NCBI GenBank assembly: GCA_041641305.1
Contig: JBEPYN010000001.1
Location: 416,001-480,000, forward strand
DNA from: Nitrososphaerota archaeon
Lineage (GTDB): Archaea > Thermoproteota > Nitrososphaeria_A > Caldarchaeales > Caldarchaeaceae
Direction: 5' to 3'
Length of the DNA: 64,000 nucleotides
The notes below the pieces were generated by a model, which saw nothing but the letters and a program-made list of their open reading frames with translations, had not been told where the DNA came from and did no database searches. Positions within the stretch are counted from its first letter, which is position 1; the number at the start of each line of letters is the position of its first letter. This document shows, one piece after another, positions 19,359 through 28,959 of the stretch. The position numbers and the translations under genes are program-made.

Positions 19359-19790
19359 ATGTCGGCGGACATCGATGAGATTGATAGAAAGATAATTGAG
19401 ATGCTAAAGGAGGATGCTAGGAGAAATTTCACTGAGGTGGGGAAGGTGCTTGGTTTGTCTGAGGGGGCTGTGCGCCGGAGGGTGAAAAACCTCATGGACA
19501 AAGGTGTCATCAAAGGGTTTACCGTGGTTCTCTCCAAAGACTATGGAGTTAAGGCCGTTACCTTTCTCAGCGTCCATCCCTCTGTGCCCACCCCCGAGGT
19601 CGCCGACAAGCTCATCAAGTTGGAGGGTGTTGAAGAGGTTTACGAGATCACGGGAACAAGGGACGTCATGGCTATAATCACGGTACCCTCGATGGCGTCA
19701 CTTAACAAGGTCATCGAAGCTATTAGAAACATATCCGGTGTCAGCGAAACCAACACAAGCATTATTCTTAGGCAAGTTAGGAAAAGTTAG
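19359..19790 (+). CDS. lysM: Lrp/AsnC regulator, LysM-like
   Basis: DEIDRKII...LSEGAVRRRV HTH plus RAM domain (VYEITG); divergent from lysY. Confidence 0.75.
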   Translation: MSADIDEIDRKIIEMLKEDARRNFTEVGKVLGLSEGAVRRRVKNLMDKGVIKGFTVVLSKDYGVKAVTFLSVHPSVPTPEVADKLIKLEGVEEVYEITGTRDVMAIITVPSMASLNKVIEAIRNISGVSETNTSIILRQVRKS

Positions 19791-20260
19791 TCGATGACCT
19801 TGGCCCGTGTTAAGAGAAGAAGCAGCTCATCATATGTGCTGTCAACATCGTTTACGGCGGACTCGGGGACGTCGAGGTTTACGGGTACGCGGTGCTTCCA
19901 GTAGTAGCCGTTCTCGACGTTTAGCCGTGTGAAGACGCCGGTAACAGCGGGCGGAAGCTTGTAGTTGTGTTTGTTAAGGATGTATTCGACGAAGCATATT
20001 CGGTAGGCTTTTTCATGGATGTCGCCGTAAAAAGTGTTGAAATAAACATGGAGAGGCGAGTTTCTGGTGTATGTTTCCCATGTTGTGAAGGCTGTGTAAA
20101 CAGGTATCCAGCCGTCGTCTCGGAGGACCTTGTCCTCGAGAGAGATGGGCCGTTTCCAGCTGCTTACGAAAAATCCTCTGGCCTCAAGCATGGGGATAAC
20201 ATATCTATGTATTATCCCCTGCCTCATCAGCTCAATCTTCTCCCTCAGCGTCAGCGCCAT
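19787..20260 (-). CDS. Hypothetical protein
   Basis: 157-aa ATG ORF filling the gap between lysM and surE. Confidence 0.6.
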   Translation of the reverse strand: MALTLREKIELMRQGIIHRYVIPMLEARGFFVSSWKRPISLEDKVLRDDGWIPVYTAFTTWETYTRNSPLHVYFNTFYGDIHEKAYRICFVEYILNKHNYKLPPAVTGVFTRLNVENGYYWKHRVPVNLDVPESAVNDVDSTYDELLLLLTRAKVID

Positions 20261-20328
20261 ATATGTGCACCTTCGAAGCCGTCGGCCGCAAAACCGCCTA
20301 AAACAACATGTTCGGGTTGTTTAAAACT

Positions 20329-21132
20329 TCATTTTTCACAGGTCTTCAGATAGTTTAGAAGCCCTGACCCGTCGACCTTTTCCGCCGCGGATGTATCCGC
20401 TTTCATGAAGGTAATAGAGATAGCCTTTTCCACAAAAACGGCGTAGGCGTCTGTGCCTGGCTCAAGGTCTTTACGCAGCTCCCCCTTCAGCCAATAATAT
20501 GGCTTGCCTCGGGGGTCTATTCGCTCCTCGACAAGCTCTTTGTAACGGTTTCTCGCCGCCCTCGTTATGACGTAGGGGGTGGAGTCTGAAACCATGTATG
20601 GGAAGTTGACGTTCAGATAGTCTGCGCCCTTTGGAAGCCCGTGTTGAAGAAGATAGCTTATGATGGGCTTTGCTTTGGCCGCTGCTTTGGCCATCATGGT
20701 TTTCATCCACTCGGCCGACGGAACACTGTCCTCCGGCAGCGAGAGTGAGAAGGCGGCAGCCGGATAACCCATCAGGCAAGCCCTTATGGCCGCGCCGATG
20801 GTTCCGCTGCCATAAACAGCCTGAAGCGAGACGTTGTTACCCTCGTTTATCCCCGAGACCACGAGATCCGGGCCCTCGCCGCCGTAGACATGCCTAACCG
20901 CCATTATCACGCAGTCTGAGGGGCTGCCTGAGCAGGAGTATGCTACATGTCCTCCGAACTTAATTTTCCTTAGCCGTAGCGGCTTGTGGAGGGTTATGCT
21001 CATGCCGACGGCGCTTTTCATCGACTCGGGCGCAACAACCGTGACCTCGCCCAAATCACTTAAAACATCATAGATGGCCCAGAGACCGGGCTTCAGAACA
21101 CCGTCGTCGTTGGTGAGAAGTATTTTCTTCAA
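20329..21132 (-). CDS. surE: 5'/3'-nucleotidase SurE
   Basis: ILLTNDDG, GSPSDC, VVSGINEGNN, SGTIGAA. Confidence 0.95.
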   Translation of the reverse strand: MKKILLTNDDGVLKPGLWAIYDVLSDLGEVTVVAPESMKSAVGMSITLHKPLRLRKIKFGGHVAYSCSGSPSDCVIMAVRHVYGGEGPDLVVSGINEGNNVSLQAVYGSGTIGAAIRACLMGYPAAAFSLSLPEDSVPSAEWMKTMMAKAAAKAKPIISYLLQHGLPKGADYLNVNFPYMVSDSTPYVITRAARNRYKELVEERIDPRGKPYYWLKGELRKDLEPGTDAYAVFVEKAISITFMKADTSAAEKVDGSGLLNYLKTCEK

Positions 21133-21134
21133 GC

Positions 21135-21734
21135 CTATTCCTTCTGCATCAGCATCTTCGCAATCTCTGTCCGGAGAACAGGCTTAAGCCTCTCGAGCCT
21201 CGCTTCGACGGAGTTATCGTATCTCATGGAGCCGTCGACTGAGGTTGCTCTTAGCCCCGCCTTAATCGGCGCCGGCTTACCAGACACAACAACTTTTACT
21301 CCGTATTTCTTCTCAGCCACCACCTCTCTCAGGAGTGGGAGAGCCACCTCGTTTGTCTCAACCACTATGTCACGGCCCATAACCTGCACGGTTTCATCCA
21401 ATAACCTAGTAAGCACCTTTTTGAACTCAGGCGTCCCCGATTCCTTGGCTATCTTCTCGAGAACAGACTCGAATATTTTGTTGACTTCTTCCTCGACGGC
21501 CGCTATCGCCATGTTCTTGGACTGGATTTCCGCTGTGCTTAGTATCCTTTGGACGGATGCTTGGCGCGATGCTTTGCCCGCCTCCTCAATCTGGGCCAGC
21601 TCTTGCATAACTTCTCTTTCCACGCGGTTGACCACCTCGAGGGCCTCCGCCTCCGCTTGATCGAGAACCTTCAACCCGTTCATCAAAGCGTCCTGAAGAA
21701 CCTCGTTAATCACTTTGGACAGCGGCACCGACAA
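21135..21734 (-). CDS. A/V-type ATP synthase subunit E
   Basis: N-terminal coiled coil; C-terminal 'GLRATSVDGSMRYDNSVEARLE'. Confidence 0.85.
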   Translation of the reverse strand: MSVPLSKVINEVLQDALMNGLKVLDQAEAEALEVVNRVEREVMQELAQIEEAGKASRQASVQRILSTAEIQSKNMAIAAVEEEVNKIFESVLEKIAKESGTPEFKKVLTRLLDETVQVMGRDIVVETNEVALPLLREVVAEKKYGVKVVVSGKPAPIKAGLRATSVDGSMRYDNSVEARLERLKPVLRTEIAKMLMQKE

Positions 21735-21775
21735 GACTGCTCAACCCGAGAACATACACCCTCCTAAAAAAGATG

Positions 21776-22072
21776 TCAAACACCGAGGACGCTGCGGAGA
21801 AGCTTGCGGTAATCGATTTTCCGCGGGGCCCCTACAGGTGGTGACAGCTCATACACCAGCGGCGTGGGCTTGCGGGCCCTTAGCTCGTTCAACTCATCCC
21901 TGAACTTTTCTGAAAGGTCTTCCGAGACGATTATCAAGCCGACATCAGCCCTGCCCATAAGCTCCTTGATGGTTTTGAAAGCCTCCTCCGGTGAGTTGAC
22001 CGCGACACCCTCCGCACCGGCTAAGATGAAGCCGTTCACAAAAGTCGCTCCACCGACAGCGTATACCTTCAA
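21776..22072 (-). CDS. A/V-type ATP synthase subunit F
   Basis: KVYAVGGATFVNGFILAG...DVGLIIVSE...LLRSVLGV. Confidence 0.88.
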   Translation of the reverse strand: MKVYAVGGATFVNGFILAGAEGVAVNSPEEAFKTIKELMGRADVGLIIVSEDLSEKFRDELNELRARKPTPLVYELSPPVGAPRKIDYRKLLRSVLGV

Positions 22073-22106
22073 TCCGTCAAGCCTTCTTTCACTCCTTGAT
22101 TTAACG

Positions 22107-23264
22107 TTAAACCACGAGCTCTACGGTGTCGCCGTCCATCAGGACGTGGCTGGGCCCAACCTGCTGACCCTGTATCTTAACCGACCTACCCCAGACCCGT
22201 GCATACCGCAGCTCCTCCGCTATCTCACGGTGAATGATCTGAGCGAGCTCCCTAACGGTTGTCCCCTTCTTCACCACAACGGGTTTCCTGTTAACGACGC
22301 CGTCTTTCTGGGTGTAGATCCTGATGAGCTCGAGATGCTGAAATATCTGTTCGGCGAGGTCTCTGTAGCTGGCGGGACTGCTTTCCGCGATATAAATAAG
22401 TGGGAGACTTAGTTCCTCGGTTGAGCGGCTCAGCTTCTCAGCTTCAGCAGCTGGTATATGTTGGCTGCGTCCCACGGCGACCAGGGCTTTTTTGTAGATT
22501 GTTGGACGGAAAACCTGTTCCAAAACCCCGTCCACATCAGTTTCGCCGTATATCTTAACAACAGCGTTACGTATCCCTATCTGCTGGAGCTGTGACTTAA
22601 GCTCTGCTAAAGAGCCGTGGAAGCGGCCGAACAAGACAATCCTTATGCCGCCGCTGTCCGTCTTCTCGACCTCTACATCGAAGCTCTTTTCACCCAGCAT
22701 TATGCCAGCGTCGTCAAGCATCTCGACAAGTTTATGGAGTTGCTGCACGGGGTTGCTCATGCCGTCTAACGTGAGCACGATGAGGTCGGCGCCACGGGCC
22801 GCGGCTATGCTTCTGACAGCGAAAGGTGTTGGCTCTAGTTTTGACGTAAGGACGGCGGGAAGCTCAACAAGCTGGATGTAAACATCTTCGTAGAGCATCA
22901 TGGCTGGGACTGGGCGGGTTGTCGTCAACTCATACATACCCACCTCGGGCTTGGCGTTTGTCAGGGCCCTTATGATGGTTGATTTTCCCGAGTTAGCTAC
23001 ACCGAGGAGTGCAACCGTGGCGGCGCCCTCTTTTCTGAATGCGAAAAGATCGGTGCGGGAAACCTTGGCTGACTTTTTCCTCTCAGCCTCTTTCCGAAGC
23101 TTGGCGAGGGTTGTCTTCAGCTGCGCCCGCATCTTTTCCGTGCCTTTATGGTCAGGTATAAGCGGCAGAGCCTCCTCGAGGGCCCTTATCTTCTCCTCGA
23201 TTGTACGGGCCTCCTGATACTTGGCCAGCTTCGCCTGAGCCTCGGCGGGAAGGTTTGTCGGCAT
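22107..23264 (-). CDS. DRG/OBG-family GTPase with TGS domain
   Basis: MPTNLP start, HKGTEK, GVANSGKST, C-terminal TGS (ARVWG...GQQVG..HVLMDGD). Confidence 0.9.
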   Translation of the reverse strand: MPTNLPAEAQAKLAKYQEARTIEEKIRALEEALPLIPDHKGTEKMRAQLKTTLAKLRKEAERKKSAKVSRTDLFAFRKEGAATVALLGVANSGKSTIIRALTNAKPEVGMYELTTTRPVPAMMLYEDVYIQLVELPAVLTSKLEPTPFAVRSIAAARGADLIVLTLDGMSNPVQQLHKLVEMLDDAGIMLGEKSFDVEVEKTDSGGIRIVLFGRFHGSLAELKSQLQQIGIRNAVVKIYGETDVDGVLEQVFRPTIYKKALVAVGRSQHIPAAEAEKLSRSTEELSLPLIYIAESSPASYRDLAEQIFQHLELIRIYTQKDGVVNRKPVVVKKGTTVRELAQIIHREIAEELRYARVWGRSVKIQGQQVGPSHVLMDGDTVELVV

Positions 23265-23301
23265 CCCTTGTGTCAGGCAGCCCTCCGAAGGAATAAAGGT
23301 T

Positions 23302-23841
23302 TCATAGATAGTTGAGCAGAAAGTAGACAAGTACGCCGAGGACAAGGCTTAGGCTCCACAGCCTCACCCCCCATCTACCGACGGCTCTGTGCCTCGTCTT
23401 TTTCCCAACTTCTGCGACTGGTGTAAAAAGCCCGGTTAAGATGTTGTAGAGCACAAGAGGTACGGAGACAATTGAGAGACCGAGATGAATGATGAGAGAG
23501 GGTAGGTAGACAAAATCACGTATTGGCTGTGGGCCTGTGAACTGTTTTACTCCCCCGAGGAAGAGGCGTCCGAGATACATCGTCAAAAAAGCCGTAATTA
23601 GGATGAATGAGGCCAGCATCAGAAGTCTGTGAAGACGGATGTCGCGTCTCCTGATGGCTCTGTAACCCGTGAGAAGAGTGACGACGGCGACTGAGTTGAC
23701 GGCCGCGATAGCATGGGGCAGGATTTCCACGAGCGGTGAAGACGTCGCTGGAAGTTCCCGCGGAGCAAGGAGCAGGTAGCCGAGAACACCGTATGCGGCT
23801 AAAGTTATGACAAGAGTCACGAGCGAAAACCTGCTGAACAC
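23302..23841 (-). CDS. DUF420-family membrane protein
   Basis: PHAIAAVN, HRLLML, HLGLS, HRAVGR, LGVLVY pattern. Confidence 0.8.
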   Translation of the reverse strand: MFSRFSLVTLVITLAAYGVLGYLLLAPRELPATSSPLVEILPHAIAAVNSVAVVTLLTGYRAIRRRDIRLHRLLMLASFILITAFLTMYLGRLFLGGVKQFTGPQPIRDFVYLPSLIIHLGLSIVSVPLVLYNILTGLFTPVAEVGKKTRHRAVGRWGVRLWSLSLVLGVLVYFLLNYL

Positions 23842-24103
23842 ACCTGCTTATACAAGGGTCACAATTTAAAGCTCCGTACTCCGAGCTGACCATCCTCCTC
23901 ATCAAACACTCACACCAGACAAACTATCACCCCAAACATAAACAAAAACACCATAAAAGAAGGGAGAAAAGAGGGGATGGTTGGCTGGCAGGCAACCACC
24001 AACAACACCTAGGAAACCCTAAAAGAAGCCGGCACTTTAATTGTGACGGCAAGCCTCTTAAAGAGACTCTTTATTTAATTTGGCATACCGGCTTTTTTGG
24101 GTT

Positions 24104-25069
24104 TTATCCCTGTTGTTGGGCCGGTATGCCTGCCAGCTTCTGGGTTTCCTGTCTGATGGTCGTCCAGATTGTTTTTAGTAGTTCTTGTTGTTGTTTTCCT
24201 TGTTGTTCTGTTCCATGTATTGCTCTTGCTAGTCTGGTTAAGGCGTGTCGTGTCTCATGGTTGTATTGTTTGTATCGTTTATTATCGAAGAGGCGTAGGT
24301 AACGTTTGAGCTTCATGAAGCCTCTTGAGAAGTCGACATAGGTCAACAATTCAGCCAAAGCCTCCCTAGCCATCACATGGTTGTCTCTTATTCCGAGTAT
24401 GTCTGCGATTGTTTTGTAGTATGGGTACCTCCTCTCAGCCTCCTCAGCAATAATCTCTGCCAGCTTCCTCATTCTCTCCTCGTTAAACCTTATCTCCTCC
24501 CTCAGTATCCTTCTCTCCATCTCTGATACTGCCTTAGACATGTTGAGCAGTCTCTGATGAGTTTTTAGGAGACTCCGGAAGGCAGCTATCATCCTCCTCA
24601 TTATGAGGAAGTCTTCATCCACCCTACGGAACCACTTATCACCAATAGCCATCAGAACCCTGATGTCAGATTTCGCGGACTTGGATTTTATGTTCAGCCT
24701 CTGCCTCACCGCCTCAATCATGCTTAGTCTCCGCAGATAGTAGACCTCTGCGCCTCTCCTCAGAAGCTCCATGAAACCATCTGTGTGGATTATTGGGATG
24801 GTGTCGACGAATACCTTGTCTCCCGGACCCACAGGAATCTCCGAAGGAGAATCAACATGCCTAAAGTTTTCGCCATCAGTTGTGTATGTTATCCTGTATC
24901 CGCTGTCGTCTTTCTTACGGTGGATGTCGGCGTAGAACCTTTTTACACCTTCTGCGCCCACGCCCTTGTCGCCCACCGCCGGGCCAGCGGCGGACGCCCC
25001 CGAATCATCAATCAGCCTCTCGGGAGCGGAGTCCGACTGGGAAGACGCGGAGGACATAATCCTCCCCAT
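24104..25069 (-). mobile_element. IS110-family-like transposase, divergent or possibly inactive (start uncertain)
   Basis: YADIHRKK (first D), VFVDT, KSAKSDIRVL (KTDxxDA-like), coiled coil, then F..LKRYLRL...YNHETRHAL (Transposase_20-like). Confidence 0.6.
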
Positions 25070-25372
25070 ATGGTTGTTGGGGAGGCGGGCTCATGAAGCC
25101 CGGGAGCTCCGTGTCTACCCAGCCGCCCCGCTGTGACTAGGTCCCCAAAGGAGGCATTATTCCTCCGAGAATCATCGTGAACACCTATGTCTCCGCCAAA
25201 GGGCTTTGGAGCCGCTCCCACCAAGCGCCCCCATGGCGCCGTGATGAGAGAACCCGTGGAGGAGACACCATGCCTCCCCCACGGAAAACAGGCTCCAAAA
25301 ACCCTTGGCGAAGCATCTGAACAATCGTCTGACTATCTTCTGTCCTGTCCATGGTGTCTAGGGGGTGGTGTA

Positions 25373-25600
25373 GTCATGCGTAGCACGGCCTACACACCCC
25401 GCGATGCCGACCATGCGTAGCACGAGAAGGCATGCTTTGTCAAGACACCTGGACAGGCCTCAGCCGCATCGGCTCCGCCCCCGGCTCCGTCATGCGTAGC
25501 ACGGCCGGAGCCTTTCCCATCCCATGCATCCCGGAGAAGCCTGTCATGCGTAGCACGGCCAGACAACTCCACAGAGACACCCGTCATGCATGGCACGGCC
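25373..25600. repeat. Five copies of GTCATGCGTAGCACGGCC, each at the apex of a different hairpin
   Basis: Copies at 25373, ~25410 (partial), 25489, 25543 and 25583 (variant). Confidence 0.85.
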
Positions 25601-25862
25601 GGGTGTCTGGGGCGGCGGACGCATGGGCTGGAGCGGAGCCGGAAGCCAGCCAACCACCCCCGCCACCCCACAAAGAATAATCAATGGGGTGGCCGCCTTG
25701 TTTCAGGCGGGTTAAGGGTGGCTGGTTCTTTTGTTTTCCCTCCTCTGCTTCTGTTTCATTGAACCCTTTTTTGGGTTCTCTGCTGTCGACTCCGCGAAGA
25801 TGTCTTCGCGAAGTCCCATACCCTATCGAATGTGGTAGTGCTGGAGGCTTTTCTCCTTTTTT

Positions 25863-26447
25863 GTGGAATCTTTGTTTCCACCCTCTCTGGGAGTATATGT
25901 TTTTGTGATGGTTTCTCCGTTTTTTCATGGGTTTATGGGTTCTGGTGGGCGTGTTGGGGCAGCGTGTCTCCTACTCCTCATATACCTCTCCCTTAAGGGC
26001 TGGTCTCTGAGACGGCTGATATCTCGCCTGACACGGAATCCGAAGCGCCGCTATGCTAGGGTCCAGTTTAGGGAGCTTGCCGGTGAAATTGGGGTATCAC
26101 ATACACGTGTCAGGGGATGTGTGGATGAGCTTGTCGACGCAGAGTTTCTGGAGATCCGCCGTGAGGGTGAGGAGATATACATCATGGTTACTCGTAAGGG
26201 TGAGAGGCTTTCCTCAACGGCGACGAACTCAAACCTCATACTCCTGATATCCATAGCCCTCTACCTCTCAACGCTGTATAGCGTAGCCATCACGGCGAAC
26301 CTTGTCCTAGGAAAACCCATCGAACCCTATACAGGGCTCCCGTTAATAGTGGCGCTACTCACCACCTTCGTAATAGCCCTACCCAGACTCTACACAACCC
26401 TCCTACTAAGAAACCTAAGAAAAGCGTTAACAGGGCAGGAAAGATAG
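25863..26447 (+). CDS. Hypothetical wHTH protein with transmembrane helices (start uncertain)
   Basis: FRELAGEIGVSHTRVRGCVDELVDAEFLEI...VTRKGE wHTH followed by two hydrophobic helices. Confidence 0.55.
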   Translation: MESLFPPSLGVYVFVMVSPFFHGFMGSGGRVGAACLLLLIYLSLKGWSLRRLISRLTRNPKRRYARVQFRELAGEIGVSHTRVRGCVDELVDAEFLEIRREGEEIYIMVTRKGERLSSTATNSNLILLISIALYLSTLYSVAITANLVLGKPIEPYTGLPLIVALLTTFVIALPRLYTTLLLRNLRKALTGQER

Positions 26448-26721
26448 AGAGTATCCAACCACACCACATGATGAGGACAACGGGGCAGGGGATGCAAACA
26501 GCGACAGAAAAACCATCGCTCTTAATCCGATTTTTGTGGGTTTGTTTATTGCCTGGTGTTTATATGCTACATAGGTTTGGCTGTATCACTCACCTTAGAT
26601 GGGGAGGGCCTGGTTGGGCTTTTTAAGGAGGTTAGGTGGTCTATCTTGTCCTTTGTGGGAGGGTTTGGAGGCATGGTGGGTACGTGGATCGCAGGGGACA
26701 GGTATGGGAGTAGTTGGAGGT

Positions 26722-27528
26722 CTATGGGTGGGAGAAGGCTACGCGGTATATCAGTTTTCCGAATGGTGTGAGTTCGTATTTTTGTCCTGTGTCTTTGATT
26801 AGTAGGAGGTCTTCGGCCATGGCTTCTGCTACGTCTTTTCCGTATCTTTTCTCGAATTCGTTTTTCTCTATTGCGTTGGGTTGGATTAGGTCTTGGAGGG
26901 CTGAGCGGTATTTTTGGTCGAGGATTTCGGATTTCCAGTCTATGGGTAAGGGGGGTAGGGTGATTGTTGTTTTGAAGGTTTCGTGTCGGTAGTATACTGG
27001 TTTTCGCATTATGAAGGAGACGAGGCTGAGGGCTGTGCCTTCGGGTTTGAACCCTCCAGTGGCGTTTAGAAGCACTCTTTCTCCTTCGTGTTTTTTGATC
27101 AGGTCATAGGTTTTGAGGAGTAGGTTTTGAAGGCCTTTCTCATTGAATTCCTGCTCTGTTTGGAACCCTTCTATCCTGTGTTTTTTGGTGTTTATGCCTT
27201 TTTCCCAGAAGTATCGCTGGAGTGCGTTTGCGCATACCTCTCCAACCTCTGTGTCTGTGTGGAGTAGGTGAACTGTGTCAACTTTCCCTTTTTGTATGTA
27301 TTCTGAGATGGAGCTGAGTTCTGCGCTCGCTTCATGCCCCTTGTTTCTTATGTAGGTTAAGAGTTCTTCCACCACTTTTTCCTTGTTTATCTCATGTTTT
27401 TTTAGGGCGTTTTCCACGTCAAGCTGTCCTTGGAGGCTTGGCGGCAGGGTGGGGAGCTGTTTTTCCCGTAGTGCGTTGTTGAGGAGGCTGGCTCCCACGG
27501 TAACGATGTGAACGTATCTTTTGGGCAT
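26722..27528 (-). CDS. CRISPR-associated CARF protein, APE2256/SSO1393 family (candidate ring nuclease)
   Basis: IVTVGASLL, SAELSSI, LLHTDT.VGE.CA, NATGGFKPE, YYRHETF; C-terminal wHTH; adjacent to array. Confidence 0.8.
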   Translation of the reverse strand: MPKRYVHIVTVGASLLNNALREKQLPTLPPSLQGQLDVENALKKHEINKEKVVEELLTYIRNKGHEASAELSSISEYIQKGKVDTVHLLHTDTEVGEVCANALQRYFWEKGINTKKHRIEGFQTEQEFNEKGLQNLLLKTYDLIKKHEGERVLLNATGGFKPEGTALSLVSFIMRKPVYYRHETFKTTITLPPLPIDWKSEILDQKYRSALQDLIQPNAIEKNEFEKRYGKDVAEAMAEDLLLIKDTGQKYELTPFGKLIYRVAFSHP

Positions 27529-27690
27529 TTCGGACGCCGTAAGAGTATGTGCTGTTTAGATAAAAAAGTTTCTGTTCGCAGGGCTCGGGTTGCCGCCAAT
27601 GTATGGTGCTGTGTTTAGAACTTGTTGTTTTGTTAAGGTTCTCCATCTTCTCTTTTTCATCGAGGGGCCAGTAGTGAGAGCATGCCTCTC

Positions 27691-28784
27691 ATCTCCATCC
27701 TCCTTTCATTGACAGTTGAGCAAGGTCGTTTCCCTGCATAAGTCTTTGAATACTCAGCTTTCCATCCTCTTTTCATTGACAGTTTATTAGTGCATGTGTT
27801 GGGGGGTGTTTTGTGCATGCAGTCTTTCCATCCTCTTTTCATTGACAGCTAAGCGTCGGCGGCATCATCAAAAAATTCTTCATAAACTTTCCATCCTCTT
27901 TTCATTGACAGTGGTCGAGGCGGACAAGCGGTTTTCCAATTTATTCTATATGCTTTCCATCCTCTTTTCATTGACAGTGCATCTCGACCCCGTTGACTTT
28001 AGCGGCATTCCTCGGGACATCTTTCCATCCTCTTTTCATTGACAGACACCACTTAAACAACCACACATATTTATCCAAAGTAAAAATCTTTCCATCCTCT
28101 TTTCATTGACAGCGACATATTTGCCAAGCTGCTGGAGCCAGATACACGCCTTTCCATCCTCTTTTCATTGACAGTTCGGTCCGCTGGCTCTCAGCTTCCA
28201 GTTGGGGCAGGTGATCTTTCCATCCTCTTTTCATTGACAGTGAAAATGTACATGGAGTATGAGGCGGAGCATGAAACAGACGCTTTCCATCCTCTTTTCA
28301 TTGACAGAGACTTGATGATAGTCTCCGACGTTGGGTTCTCTTTTTCCAGCTTTCCATCCTCTTTTCATTGACAGTCACGTGTCTATAGAGTTTGACGGCA
28401 GGCGCTATTGTGTTACGCTTACTCGCTTTCCATCCTCTTTTCATTGACAGAAGAAGTTCATAAGTTGCCTCCTGGGACAAGAGTTCATAGACTTTCCATC
28501 CTCTTTTCATTGACAGACGAAGGATGTGGCCGCGTTTCTTGGAAAAAGCCAGCAGTCTTTCCATCCTCTTTTCATTGACAGAAATATATGAAACACGCAA
28601 AGGATACCACATAATTGCTTACTTTCCATCCTCTTTTCATTGACAGTGGGACATAGAGAACTACCCCGCTCTCGACGTTATGCTGAACGCTTTCCATCCT
28701 CTTTTCATTGACAGGACGTCGAGGTTCGGAGAGTTCCGTGTGGTGCAGATTAAGAAGGACTTTCCATCCTCTTTTCATTGACAG
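27691..28784 (-). CRISPR. CRISPR array 1: 16 perfect plus 1 degenerate 25-bp repeats (CTGTCAATGAAAAGAGGATGGAAAG on - strand), 16 spacers
   Basis: + strand CTTTCCATCCTCTTTTCATTGACAG from 27758 to 28784; degenerate copy 27691-27715 and a further decayed trace near 27640-27665. Confidence 0.98.
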
Positions 28785-28880
28785 GTGTGCCTGATTCCCG
28801 GAAATTTAGGCGAATCGGGCGGTTTTGTCGAGTGGGTCTTTCAGGCGACGAATTTTTGGAGCCTCTATATTAATGTTAGC
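28785..28880 (-). promoter_or_regulatory. CRISPR leader 1
   Basis: Homologous to leader 2 (tgtgcctgatt.ccggaaattt...ggcgacgaatttttggagcctctat); TATA-like ATTAATAT on - strand. Confidence 0.8.
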
Positions 28881-28959
28881 CGGAAATCCTCGAAGGTTCA
28901 GCGATAGCCGTCGGTAATGGGCCCATCAAAAATGAGAGAATAAAGGAAAACTTTTGACA

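Noticed and set aside
25373-25600. Mini-CRISPR interpretation of the 18-bp repeats
   Set aside because: Spacing is irregular (37-79 nt), the intervening sequences form closing stems, and the repeat is unrelated to the arrays.
28113-28149. Spacer similarity to ~50024-50043 (tttgccaagctgct) as self-targeting
   Set aside because: Only about 14 nt match exactly, which is expected by chance at this search size.
27657-28778. Short ORFs with MKRGWK / LSILFSLT repeats (also 35033-35577)
   Set aside because: They are translations of CRISPR repeats.
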